The translations under genes were made by a program, and so were the position numbers. The notes beneath the pieces are model-generated. The model was not told where the DNA came from. It saw only the letters and a list, made by a program, of their open reading frames with translations, and ran no database searches. From NCBI GenBank assembly GCA_964252035.1, contig CAXUOO010000164.1: DNA of 64,000 nt; one strand, 5' to 3'. This stretch comes from Podarcis erhardii (taxonomy: Eukaryota). Shown piece by piece: positions 25,771 to 39,182 of the stretch; positions within the stretch are counted from its first letter, which is position 1, and every line of letters starts with the position of its first letter.

Positions 25771-28700
25771 TTATGGGTATACTTCCTTGCGGCTGTTTAA
25801 TTTAACGAGGCCCTTGGTCAGGAGAGGAGCGACATGAAGTGGAACTCCTCCAGTTTCGGGCATACTTATAGATTGAGTTGTCGGATTAGAAAGAGGCTCT
25901 GTAAGAAACTCTTTTTTATGTGCTAGAGCGCCTTCAGCCTCTCCTACGGTCTTCCCTTCCTCACCCGCTAAATTGTACTCGGCGCTTGCAGCTTTGACAG
26001 GCTCTTGAGCTGCTCCTACTTCAGGCTCCATAAGCTTAGGTTCTCTTCGTTTCTGTACACCACGTGCTTTCATAAATTGTAGCTGATGCTCTGGAGTATT
26101 CACAACTGCATTTTCTTCCTGCTTTTGATTCCTTTTTTCAAAAACATTGCGTGCAAGTTCTTCAGCTTTCCCTTTTTCAGTCTCTACCCGCTGCTCATTA
26201 ATCCTGGCTTCCTTCGGAAATGTCTTTTTGACATCTGCTCGCGTCTCCTCTGTCGTTTCTTCCTCCGCTGCCTCACCCGCTCCTTTTTCCCCTTCTGCTG
26301 GGTGCTGTAGTTTTTTCGTTTCCGTCGTCCACGTCTCCGTGTCTTCCAGTTCTCTTTCCGGGGCACTTCTCGGTCGGTGCCTGCGCAGCTGCACACGGCG
26401 CTCTGTTGCTTTTTTAAGCTGTTTGAAAGATTTTTTTTCCAATGCTTTTCGGAAAGCTCGGCGCTTCTGATGCTCTCCCAGCTGCTTAACACCTTCCTGC
26501 CATCTTTTTTGTCTTCTTACTTTATACAAGTGCTCAACTGCTCCAGGAATATCTGTGGGAAGCGTGAACTCTGTCGTTGAGGCGAGATTGGCGACCCACC
26601 AAGGACCTGTACACTCAAAATTCAATCAAACATGATGTTGTACACGATACTTGCCGGCAGGCCTGCTGCATAAAACTGCTTGCAGTAGTCTGTCTTCAGA
26701 TTACAGGTTCTACCATCTTGTTTGAAGCTTTCAAACTCCAGTGAGCATACGCAAGTATATGCATACTTATATGTGTGTAATTTCACTCAACATTCTTACG
26801 TCGGTGCATCGACATTATGGTGTTGTGCCTGACGTATCCTACGATCATACGTAATGAAAATTTCCACACACGCTTCCAACATGGGTCATGTGATAAAACA
26901 CACAGATGCATGTAGACTACACCCATGCACGCATATACAAAAATGCCTTTACAGATGTAGACGATAAATATATATATGTATATATATATATATTTTATAT
27001 GTATATCTAAACAGGGAATAAATGCTATTATTCAATCAATCCTACGAGGTCCCCTGAGTATACCGCACACACTCTTCGAGCCATATACGCTAACTGCGTT
27101 TCAGTTTATACATGGCGGAAGATGCGAAAGAAGAGGAGCTTTAGTAGTACGGTAGAATATAAATTTCGCGATAACGTAGACAAAATATACTACCAAGAAC
27201 AGCTTTTCGGCTGAAAAAAAATTCTGTTAAAAGGTAGTAGGCCGCAAGGCTTCTCATTTGCGCACAAACGCAGCAGCGATTCATCTTACTAGAAAGATGA
27301 TGAGGGATACAAAATGTGTAACTAAACAATGACCGAGGGGAAGAGGAAATGGAGGTCAACTGATAAACGTATCTGTTTAAAAGGGTAGCTGAAAAGCTTG
27401 CATCTGCGCCTGGAATTCTTTTTCCGCACAACCTAGTTAGTCTAAAAGTATGTAAGAGTCAACGCCTAACGCATGTTCGACAGAAATTTCGGGGATCTTC
27501 ACAAAAAAAGAATAGGGTGCGTAAGTCTCGCACACTGTGGTTTTTTCAAGTAATATGTGTCACCGTAGACTGGGCCTTGCTCGCGTAGGATGGCCATTGA
27601 GAGACACAATATTCTGCTCGTGGTCCCAGTACTTCTATACCGTTGAAACAGCAAATTGACGAACTTCAAATCCGCAACAATCTGTAAACTAGCTTACCAC
27701 TGCCGAAATATGACCCTTCCGAGAAAGTGTAGTTTACTTTTAGAACGCGGACAGCGCTTGGCGGTCCAGTGCTTCGAAAGGGATTTTTCGCAAGTAAATT
27801 TGTGACGCTAGGCGAGTTCTGGAGGCACAGAATATATTACCCTCGAGATACAGGTGCGTATATGTATATATGTTTATTTAGTCATATTTATACATTATAA
27901 TGTAGGTGTAAACATATGAATAAGCATCTACAGAAGCGTACAAAATTTCAAAGCTGAAATGCAGTTCTGTAACTGCAAATATGAAGCGAAAGGAGAGAGA
28001 GCGGAGGCAGGCAAGAAGACGGCTCGGCAACATTAAATATAATTATATGTGGACTAATCGATAAAAAGGAATGGCAGAGGGAAAAACCGCTCAATCGAAA
28101 AAGAAATACTCCTACAACTGTTTTAGAGAGAGAATAAAGACAAAAGAAAAATGTGAAAAGCACACTTAGACATTGGAGCAATTAAAGTGGGCAAAGGTGA
28201 AGTTTAAGGCGCTGACCGCATAAAGTTGCATCTTAGAAAAGCGCCAATACGTGCAAGCAGAGAAAACGAGGAAACTAAAAGAAGAAGCACACAACATGAC
28301 CAGCAGATACGGAATTACAATATATACTTGGATTCGCTATAGAAAAAAATTTTGAAAGCACATATTTCTAATAAAATCAGCACAGCGCAGCTTGATGCCA
28401 GCATCTCTTCGGACGCTGCAATATCTTCAGATTTGAACCTAGACAAAGTGCTGTGTCAGTAAAATCAAATCTGGCCATGTGTCTTATAAAAACGTTCCTC
28501 AATACTTTCCTGTGTTGTTTATGGCTTGCAAAACTGCGGACACTCTCGAGAGATTTAACTTTGCTGCTTCTGCATCCTTTCTTCACTGGGTATATAGTCA
28601 AAGATATCTATATTTGATGGGTTTCATTAGCATCACAATGAAAATAACCAAGTTTTTGTTTGTTGCTGGCTACATACCTCTTGTAATCATAGATAACATC

Positions 28701-31700
28701 TCGGTAGTTGAGGACTAATCCATTGTACATTGCCGTTTGTCTCCGCACATAAACGATTGAACGTAATTAGTTGTAACAAGAAACTATGTCTTAACTTAAA
28801 CCGGTGTGGTAATCATGTGAGATGAGCAACGTACTCATAGTACGCTCTCTTGTTGCTAAGTTATGTCTTTAGCGAAATAAAGGAAAAAGGCAATTAGTAC
28901 GTCTACTTGGACTTAAATTAAAAACATCTCTATCTTACCTCCAGAAGCTTTGACAAAAAAGCGAGATACCAAGTGTGCCGCAGCAAGGCGGTTGCTCGGG
29001 GCTCTTGTGGAACAAACCACTGCAATCAGAAAGGAAGATACACTAGAGAACGCTGCTGCGTTCGCTAAACTCAGTGCAAAGAGTGTTAATGCAACATACA
29101 AAAACAGGGTACAGAAGTGCATAGGCACAAGCGCTTCTTTTCAAAGGAACTGAGACTGTGTATATATATTTTAATATGTACGTGGTTAAGAAAATCCACG
29201 ATATGCAGCAGAAAAACAGAATCGAGGTTTATCCTGTTTGCTGAAACGGTGTAATTTGAGCGTTGTCGCAAACGAGAGACGCAAATACGTACACTGGCTG
29301 TAGAAAAATCTGACCGCGTATACTCTGCACAGATGTCGATTACACCAGCAATATTTGTCATTTTTCCAGGATTTTATTCTCAGCTGCGAATTTAAGCGTT
29401 CATCAAACGTAATTAACGGAAGAAAGCGCGTATATCTTTGTAGCAGTGTAGAACCTTTTAGTTACGTCAACGTGACTAATTGGGAGAACAGGATGTGAAA
29501 CTAAGAATGCTTTCACTCCAGTATTCAAGGCAATAATCGAAAGAAAATTTTGAGACACGTTCACACTCACATTTCTGATTGAGCGTGAATGCAGCCAGCG
29601 CATATGCGTTGCTTTACTGGATCTGTAACTCATTGGCCAAGTTTTAAATGCGTATCTCTCAAGGGCCAAGGAACGGTTTATTAAAAGTCGCAACTAGCGT
29701 CGGATCAAATCGTGTCGAAGACATTTTATTTGAATTTTACGTCTGCTCGTACAAGTCAGATAAGATAGTTGCATACAGAGTGTACGTGATTTTTCCTTCG
29801 TACAATTGGTAAAGTGACCAGCTTACCTGACAGTACCGCGACGTTTGAGCCATCATATACCTATTTATGTGCGTCTAGACAAGTTTGTTAGGAAATATTT
29901 TAACTAATATGCAAATGTACATATGTATATGCACACATGCTTGAACATAATTCATGTATATCTGCGTAGCTGTATATGTATACATATAGATCGTTTGGAT
30001 GTCGAATTTGAAGAGCGCGGCCGCAGGCGTACCATCATCCAGTCTAGGTGGTAATAATAAGGAGAGATTAGACAAGGCCTCCGATTTACATCTCCGGGTT
30101 TGCATTTGAACTCGTAGTTTTTCCAGGTGCTAGTAGGGCCCTGAAGAATTACATTTTGTTTGAAAGTGGATTAATACCTCTGGCCCACAGAAATTTTGAA
30201 TAGAAAGCAGAATCTAGGCAGCACACTCAACGAAGAAGTCCATTACAGCCAGCCCAGAAATTCTCGAGAGGTGCGATTTTCACAAACATGAGCGTTCAAG
30301 CAAGGGAAAGCAACTACAGTGCACGATGAAAAAGGGATCAACTATGGGAATTGAACAAGCGCTAATTCGCAGGCACTGGGCCAGAATACTTGATTTAATA
30401 GTGGTTACAATGCGGTATCGTTACAATAAATCCAGGAACCGGGCAACGCAAAAGTATCCGTTTACGCGGGCACGTAAGGGTCAGCCTGGGATACAAGAAA
30501 GAGAAGCGATGCTGTTCTGGCCAGCTCAGAAAAGAATTGCCTAATCAGATCTGGTGGTACCGCAGTTGCCTAATCAGTTCAGGTGTTACCGCAGTTGAGC
30601 TTCAGCAGTCATGTTGTCATTACACTTTTCCTTACATAAAAGGATCGTATCACCAAAGCAGCTCCGCAACCAAAACCCACTATAGAAAGCACTACAAGCA
30701 GCGTAGCGCTTGCATTTCGTAAGTGCCCGGCAAACGCACTAAACTGGCTCGAATGTAAGAGAGGGGATGCACTTATATAGCGGTGTACATAAAAATTCGC
30801 TTGTAGATGGAGAGCGTGAGAGAAAAAGGCTCTAAGAATATAAATAAAGTCCTTGCTTTGAAGAATGCGGAAACCCTTGACGGAGGTTTGCAAGAACCTG
30901 TGTATTATCTAGTAGGTAAATAAAGGTTACATTTTCGTGGATTCCTTACAGGCGCCAAGTCATGCGTGCCTTGGACAAGTAACTCGTAGCGCGCCTGCAG
31001 AGAAAGTAAGAATCTTAGCAACGTAGTTGGAAATTTTATACTCTGGTCTTATCGAAAGTGCAGGCGTATGACTGCGTAGACATGGTCGCGAATACAGATT
31101 AATACTCTCCCACACGTATATGTCCTCATTCTGGTTAACATAAGCAAACAGCATCTGACATTTCACATGCAAGGCTAACTATGTGGAGCTGTTCAATGTT
31201 TGCACAGGCTGTAATCGAGGCTTCGACATACAGGTATCACTGCTCCAAAGGCTCCGTATGTGTTGAGGATACTCAGCGGTCCGCCCAACCCTGCATTTTT
31301 CGCCTGTCCATAATTTGGATATGGAAAAGAGGAAAATATGGATTTTCCACGCTGCTTCAGTGTTACGTTTGGTGAAAAAACAGCGATAGCTTCCAGATAG
31401 CGAACAGAGTTACGATATATATATATATATGTACATATATATCTAGATATATATATATATATGTAGACATATACCATTAATTAATTTTGAAGTTGGGGAA
31501 TGGCTTTGACTAGGACTCCAACACAGTTGTAGTAGTTACAATCTGTGTAAGATTAGCGGCTTCCGCGAAATTGAGATCAGAATATGATTTGTCTTTTTTT
31601 GTTTGTCGACCTCTACACATATACATTTATGAATATATGTGTTTGAATGCTGGTATACAAAGGTGCACTCATACTACATATATAATATATACATGTATAT

Positions 31701-32816
31701 ATATATATATATAAATCTGTGTTTAAAAAATCAAAGCGTGTTCTTCTATGTAGACTAACGAGCTCTACAACAACGCACATACCTAGTGCAAATATCGAAA
31801 TATTACCATATACTTATATGTATGAGCAGCCTCTGCCTCATATCATGAAGGCTTTTGAGCAGCTCTACGCTCACTTTTTGGCTGATGCATCTTGTGCAAA
31901 TGAGGAATGTTTGGTTGCATACCTGATGTGGGGAGATAATATTCTTTACTGCTGGTGTAGAGAGGACGCAAATCAAAGCGATAAGAAGGATTTCCATGTG
32001 CAATTTGAGAACAAGAGCGGCGTTGCGGAGGGTTTTGTAGGCAAAAATAAGAAGTATAGTCAACAAACAGCAGCTGAGCCAAACAGACCAGACAGCTGGT
32101 CCATTAATGTACATATTGAAGAAGCTTTGCATGGACGCCAGCAGTAGAACAACTTCTACGAAAACGTTGGAAACGTAACCGCCAGTGAAGAAGGCGGAAG
32201 AAGCTGCTAGACCGGCAGCGAGGAAGAAAACAACAACAACAAGCCACGCAGCTGTAGCTGACAAATTCAGGAAAACTAAAATGCATCCTAACAGTCCAAA
32301 GCCAGCTAAAGCTTCTGCTGAAAGATTCAGCCATTTCTCTGTAAACTCGGCTTTCACACATTGACGGATATTGTCAGGAATACGCAACAATTTGACGAAG
32401 CTATAGACTGCTGGACGGTACCAGCAGCAGCAGCTCCTGTTGTCTCCTGCAGCAAGCTCAAGATCTTCTGTTTTTCCTGCTTGTGAATGCGCACCACATC
32501 AAGGAACATTTCAAATTTTGAACTACCCATGGAGTCGGCTAGGTTTTGACCGAGAGGAGCAGCGAACGCAGCATGTTGGCATTCGCAGGTCAGCGCTGCG
32601 TGCAGTCGTGCAGGACCTTGACCTAACAGCGACGCATTAGCCGTTATTAATAGATATCAACACAGGAGAAACGCAATCATCTAAAGTAGACCTTTGTTCG
32701 TTTGCAGCGATACAAGCTTTCAGCAACACAGGGACACAGCAAACATATATAAACTTTCGACCTGCTCCATCTCTAAATTTCCAACCGGAAGCTGACGTCA
32801 CAATGCAACTACGCAG

Positions 32817-32855
<39 letters not shown>

Positions 32856-35800
32856 TATATATACGTGCGTACAATCAAAAACAATAAATGCTCCTAGGTG
32901 GTCATCGTTATCCTTGCCATCCATTACGAATCAAATCAGCTGCCGCAGGATGGAATTTAAGCCAAACTTTACTCTCACATTATGGCATGCAAACCACTTT
33001 CCGACTGGAGGGGGGCAGGAATAAGCGACGCTGCTGAGCTCAGGAACGCTTGTATATATTCAGCATTTTTGTGCTAAGGTTTTTCTTGGCCTAGACTGAA
33101 AAAGTAATTCTTAGGGCAAGTTGGACTTTTAAAATATGTGTGGGAATTCAGTCAAACTTCAAGTCACGGTGCTAAAGACACACAAAAACTTCTGCAGCTA
33201 CACTAAATATCTCAGTGCAGATAGTTTCCTGTATCCTTTCAAACACATGCCAATGTGTCGCCAGAAGCCGGAAGAAGCTGACCCGCAGGAGCTTGCTTAA
33301 TTTCGATGTGAGCTGCGATATAGTTACAATAACAACTAACAGCAATTGCAAATATTGTCCCTTGCTATGAAATATCATTTAAAACGCATTAGAAATCTGC
33401 TGCATTCTGAGCTCGAGCGTTGAAAAAACCTGGTTATTAAACAGTAAGCTAATTGTCAGCGCCGTCGACCTGACATGCGTAGAAAGACTGCCTGACAAAA
33501 TGCTTTTTGACAACTTTCAAGTTCGCTATCCTTCGCGTATTCGTGTGTGTGGCACAATATTCTGATCAGCACCAGAACGCACCTGTTGATGGTTACCTTC
33601 CTCTGGTACCACTAATCGCTCTCTTGAAAACTAGCAATGCACATCTAAAAACTAAGCAGCGCCGAGTAATGGTCGAATCCTTACCTGTCGTTTTAAAAGC
33701 GAGAAGTGCAGCTGACTGAGCAGCTAGTTCCTCTGATTGAGATTCAGAATTTCTGTTTTTTGTCAGTGGCCAGGCATGAGCTATGGGGCAACTCCAAGCG
33801 CCAGCACAGCCAGCAGTGAGAGCCGGGAGTCTTTTCAGCGTTTTTGAGGGGAACAGGCAAGATAAGAAGTGATCATCTAGACACATGATAGCAGGAACCA
33901 TGGTGAGGTGAGTGAAAAAGGCAATGTTACCAGAAAGTAAGGTGAGCAATTGAAAAAGCAGGTGACTGAGGCCGCCAAGCAGGCGACAAGAGCGGACAGG
34001 CAGAATGACAAGGAAGGAGAAGACGCATTCTACCACAAGGGTAAGAACAGCCTCACACACGTGACATGTATGAGACTGTTTGTGCAGATACCATGAAAAA
34101 GGGTTTGGCACTGGCTGCGTTTCAAAGTGGTAGTCAAGTGCAGATAAATCTCTCCATAAAACGCTAGTGCGAAGTTTTATTAGTCCCGCACTCAGCAAAC
34201 TTCGGAATAGTAGCCATCGACTGCCCCAAATATTCACTTTAGGGGTTGGCCATGTACGCGGAAAGCGCGAGCAGCTCCAAAAAGGGCACAGCCATATAGA
34301 AAGAAATCCTATTTCCAGTAATTCCATCTCCCAGCCAAGAGAGTACCAAATTTGGCCCACGCTCACAACTGTTTGGTAACATATCCAAAGCACGAGCAGA
34401 AGTGCCGCATTGGTTCCTCCGTTCAACACTGTTGCCACCGAGATCACACAGCCTGCAAAGGAAGAAAAAGGGCGCAAGCATCGAAAGATCACGTAAAATG
34501 GAAGTAGGATAAATACCGTCGATCAGCAGAGGTGATGCTTTGTGAACCGGAGCACAAGCCTGAAATTTTCTGCCGCTGGTGCTTTCGGCCAAGGAAATGT
34601 GAATAGGAGTTTGACTGTAGTCACATGCCACTTAGAGCTGAAGCCTGAGCGTGATAAAGCAGAGACTAACCAGTAAACGGGACGAAATGAAGCCAAAAAT
34701 CATTAACAGGCAGAATGAGGAAAAGTGAAGGAAATCTTCTGATTTTTGTCCACACGTTTTCCATCGCTATAGATTTTGAAAGTTCGTCGGCGTATGTTTT
34801 TGCCGGCGAAATTCCGTCAGAGCCAACCAGCCCCTGGACCTGCGCAACATAATGTTTGGGAAACCATCTTTGCTGAGAAGCTATCTAAAGTTGCACAAAA
34901 GGATATGATAAAGTATAGGGGAAAGTTTGTTGCGTAAGTGTGCAAAGCATACGCTCAGACATAGTGAGCATAGGAAAAAATTTGAGGCACGGATAACTAT
35001 GTGGAGGGCTTTGCTGTATACAAACACTTTGTTTAGAGGCTTCAGAGTTGCACGTTCTGGAAGACGGTAACCTTCTGTTTTGAGAGCGTGGGTAGGATAA
35101 GGAAGACACTGCACTTTGACGACGGTTTAATCTACAAAGTCAGTCCCAGCATGTTGATTCACACATTGAGGAATTTGCGAATCTAGTACGGGATGGTAAA
35201 AACGTGTTCATCACTGCGACGTGATCTTTCCCACTATGGTGGTCAAGGATAACGTTTGTGCGAGGAGAACACCGGCGGCAAGTATATAGAACGTAGCATT
35301 ATAGTACTTCTGTGACGGTAAATTTTACTTGAAGGCGTAAGTAGCTGAGCAGACTTGTCAACTTACGCTTCCGAGGTCAACAACCGACTAGAGAAGCGTG
35401 CGATCTTAAAATGATACCGGGTTACCATCGCCAAAGTGGGGCATGGAGAACAAAGAGTGCTTTTCTTATTACGCAGACCATTGACAACCATTTCAGGCTT
35501 CGATTTGCTTACATCTGTGCATGGATGTACACTTATACATAAAAAATCGCTCTCGCTTTTCGCGACAGTCTTGACAGGAAGGCAGCCTCTGCTTGAAACA
35601 AAGAGTTACAGATCGAAGAGGGTTCTGGAAGAATCCTGTTACACATTTACCTGATTGAAGGATATCAGAAATGCGACAAAATATAGGAGGCCGAGAGCCC
35701 TCAGAAAAACAATCCTTGTCAGCCAATAAGTTGATTTCATGGCTTCTCGCGTTTGCGCGTCTAGGCGCTCGCGCGCCTCTCGGCAGGACCAGGAGATGTC

Positions 35801-36034
35801 AACTTTTTCTTTGAGAAGTCTCAGCCCTTTTGCCCACATTGCAGTTTGCTGCGGCTCCTCCTTCCAAAAAAATTGCTCTTCCACCTTTGTATTATACTGA
35901 GCATTTTCCACATCAGCAGCATGACGAGAGTTAAGAGTAGTCCCTTCTGCTGCAGCTGCCGGAAGCGTGCTCTCCTCGGCCAGGTTCTTCTTCGGTGAAA
36001 CAGCCCCACTGCTTTGCCTCACGGCTTCAGACAT
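25771..36034 (-). CDS. LMF1: Lipase maturation factor family protein (LMF1-like), 10 exons, about 1042 aa
   Basis: Exons (minus): 35651-36034, 34671-34839, 33685-34452, 31923-32467, 31232-31303, 30950-30994, 30033-30140, 28939-29019, 27698-27818, 25771-26606; GT-AG with consistent phases (the acceptor at 32467 is less certain). LMF motifs: YWLTRIVFLRALGLLYFVAF, GLVGSDGISP, GQIWYSLGWEMELLEIGFL, RWLLFR..AGLIKLR, WRDLSALDYHFETQPVPNP, LSGNIAFFTHLT, NTYGAFG, YEFKCKPGDVNRRPCLISPYYYHLDWMMWF, LLAKNPF, PWWV. Confidence 0.92.
30537..30594. repeat. 2 x 29-bp imperfect tandem duplication in an LMF intron
   Basis: TTGCCTAATCAGATCTGGTGGTACCGCAG followed by TTGCCTAATCAGTTCAGGTGTTACCGCAG. Confidence 0.8.
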
Positions 36035-39000
36035 TATTCTACACACGTGGTTATCAGGTCAGAATGAGTTGCCGGAGAGCTGATAATCAGTCAAGCACAA
36101 TTTGAATAATTTGGCACTGCGACGGCTCCAACGCTAAATAAAAAGATCCTTCTAATAGGCTGTGGAAAATATTTGCGTAAAACACGGTTGATTATTGTTG
36201 ATGACATTGCAATAGCGCCTGTCGGTTTTTGTTGGAGGCAAAGGAACAGTTTATGAAAAGGATCAAGTAAATGTGATCACAAGAGGGTGGGCTGCCGTGA
36301 AGTAGATACTGGGTTTTCTATTTCAGTTTAAGGTTCTGACATGCGAACGCCCGCTTCAATGACAAGTGAAGATATCTAAATATCAGGTCGGAAGGAGCCG
36401 CGAAAAAAGCACAAACACCTGATTCCACAACCTGGGCTGACGTTCACTCACGATATCACTTATGGCATGACGAGGCAGGATTTTTATTTCGCTAGTAGTG
36501 ATAAATTCAAACCAGTATATCGCGCTGGCAAGACTGAGGAAGCTAGAGCTGCGTCGAAACCATATTTATATGTATATATATATATATATGTAAATGTGTA
36601 TATGTAAATTATATAATTTCTTATTTATATATATATATATATACACATCATATATATATACATATATCATATACATATATATATATGTATATGTACGGCA
36701 CGTTTTTGAAGTCATTTATTTTTCTTGTTCAACGACTCTGCTTCTTCACAATTCGATAGAAGCAACACTACTCAAGACATAATTATTTTAACACGCCTTC
36801 GCACACGTGCCACCGGTCTAAGGCATTACGTTTCTTGTATTCTATTTGTCTGAACAACATACGCCGGACGACCTCAACGTTTGTAAATGGGCGTGCGTGC
36901 GCGCGTGTCTTTCCTTACACAGACCTAAAGAGACCCATGAACAGCTGGTACCAAAAATTTCGTTTAATCTTTTTCTGAATTGCCATTTTTTTCACTAAGT
37001 AATCAGAGTTTTTTATATGTGAAAGAAATAATCAAGAACAGTAGGGTCTCTACTTGCAATTTTGTGGCCGTAGCTCGAGTATGCTGTAGACAGCGGAACA
37101 CGGCTTCTCGTGCACCGATTCTTCAAACAACTCGTTCGAGCCAGCGCTCCGCGGCAACCGGAGCGTGATGAACCACGCTAGATTGTGATGAATGTTGATC
37201 ATTCACATATTTTTCGTTAGGAAAGGTAACAATGTGTAATCCGGTCATGAAGTCAGGAGCAACGTGTCTACAGAGATACATCATTCCGCCGTGCCGGAAT
37301 CTGTCCAACTGCGCGCGTGACGCAGACGGCACTGGAATTCTTCCACTTGGCAAAGACGTAATGAAAAGTCACAGGAACTTCTACATTATAGCTTGACGCG
37401 CTGGTAGTTTTGTAAAATGCAGTGGAACGACTCTGTCGCAACGACTACAAATAACAACCTATGAGCTTAACGAGGGCCAGAACACCTTTCCAGTCGGCGA
37501 TTTATTCTAAAAATTCGGCTAAAATTGCGAAAACTGGAAATGGAAGACGACTTTATACCCTGCACATCAAGTCCCCTTCTGCCACAGCCTTGGGCACGAG
37601 TCCACGCGTACCTTCACTTCTGCGTTTGCATGGCTCCGCCATGCCTTTATTCCAGATAACAGTTACTATTTATTCATGGTTATCTATGCAGTTGAGTTGC
37701 AATGCTTTTTTCCTGGTCCATTTTGGGTTAGAGTGATATGCTGTTTACTTGATGTTTACCAGCTGTCTTATACATGTGTTTGAGGCGTTTCTACATGATC
37801 TCGAAATATCACGACGCCGCTTTGAACCGGTTACACGCTACTCAGCATTCACGCAATCGTGCGATCCAACACTTCTTGTTCGAAAGTACTAGGCTTCAAT
37901 TTGAGTTGTTGCAAGTATGCTTTTCCCACAGCGATAGATTGAATTTGAATACATCCTGCGATTCCCTGATTCAGTGGGTATTCGCGCCTTGCGCTTGTCC
38001 GAGAGAATTGCCCGGAAACACTTGCCATCTCTAGAGGTATTTAATCAAGTCTGTTTGCGGGGGCCTTGCTCACATTGCTTTACGGCATTCGTTTTAACGA
38101 GAAAAATTCTAAGAAGCAGAAGGCCGTCTTCGACAACAAGTTCTACATGATGTTTTGTAAAAGTTTTTAGAGATACCACGTGTTGTTTTTTCGAGTTTCG
38201 TGTATGGAATGCTGATGACGCGCAGGGAAGGCTCGCTTGGTATAATCACGATTCAGCTGCTAGCAGAAGCGAAATCGCTGAAACGTTTACAAAACATCTG
38301 CGTGTAAGCGAGAATATATACACATATATATTATATGTTTAAATATAGTCTTAAGTTTCGATCGTTCCTTCTCCTTCCTGTACCCCTTCTTATTCATAAG
38401 CTTGCGTACCTTATATATATAGGTACTTATTCGTGCATACATGTCTGTACGTACGCATTCTAATATATATTGAATACTTATTCCCACGCTCAACCCGAAT
38501 TCCTTCTAGGGGGCCACGTATTGTTCCACAAAGCACTGCTTGCCAAAATGTGCCACTACGCAGGAGAGAGTGCCGAACACTTGGGAAAAAAATCTTGTTT
38601 GTTTAATTAGTACGAGTGAAAATCGACATGAATTCCTAGATAACCAAAGCTAATTTGACTTCGCGTACAAGACGTCATTTTTGACAGTTTTTAACGGGTG
38701 TATAAGTGTGCAAGACCCGGCTTTTCTGAATATGATTCCTCTGTGCAACTCTGTCTCTATGTCCTGCTGGATGTGAATCCGGCATTTTTTTGTTTGCTGG
38801 TACCTGATGTGGTCCACAAAAAGTCTGTTGCTTAAGAACGTGACGGGGTGCAGTGCAAGATGACGTAAATGTTATGTCAGAAAGAAGCATACGGATCAAA
38901 GCTATCACGTTGGATAATGTGTAAAAAAGGCAATTTACTTTCACCAGCACATCCATAAATGTTTTACTCAATTAATCTATTGCTAGCTACAGAGTCACTA

Positions 39001-39182
39001 CGCGGTGTGCATGCGTGAGTGCACTTGAGAGAAAACCTTCCATTCATCTCCTTCCTACATGTGAGAAGTTGCTATAAAATTTTTAGATTCGTTTCATAAC
39101 GCAAAGGTTGATTTTTAAGCAGCTGTAATTGTGTGACAGGAAATGTCCGGCTCGTTGGCGTGATCAGATCGAGTGTGTCTCC

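Noticed and set aside
28950-29153. Plus-strand 67-aa ORF
   Set aside because: Antisense to LMF exon 28939-29019 (WFVPQ..LSKLLE).
31719-32147. Plus-strand 142-aa ORF
   Set aside because: Antisense shadow of the LMF transmembrane-rich exon.
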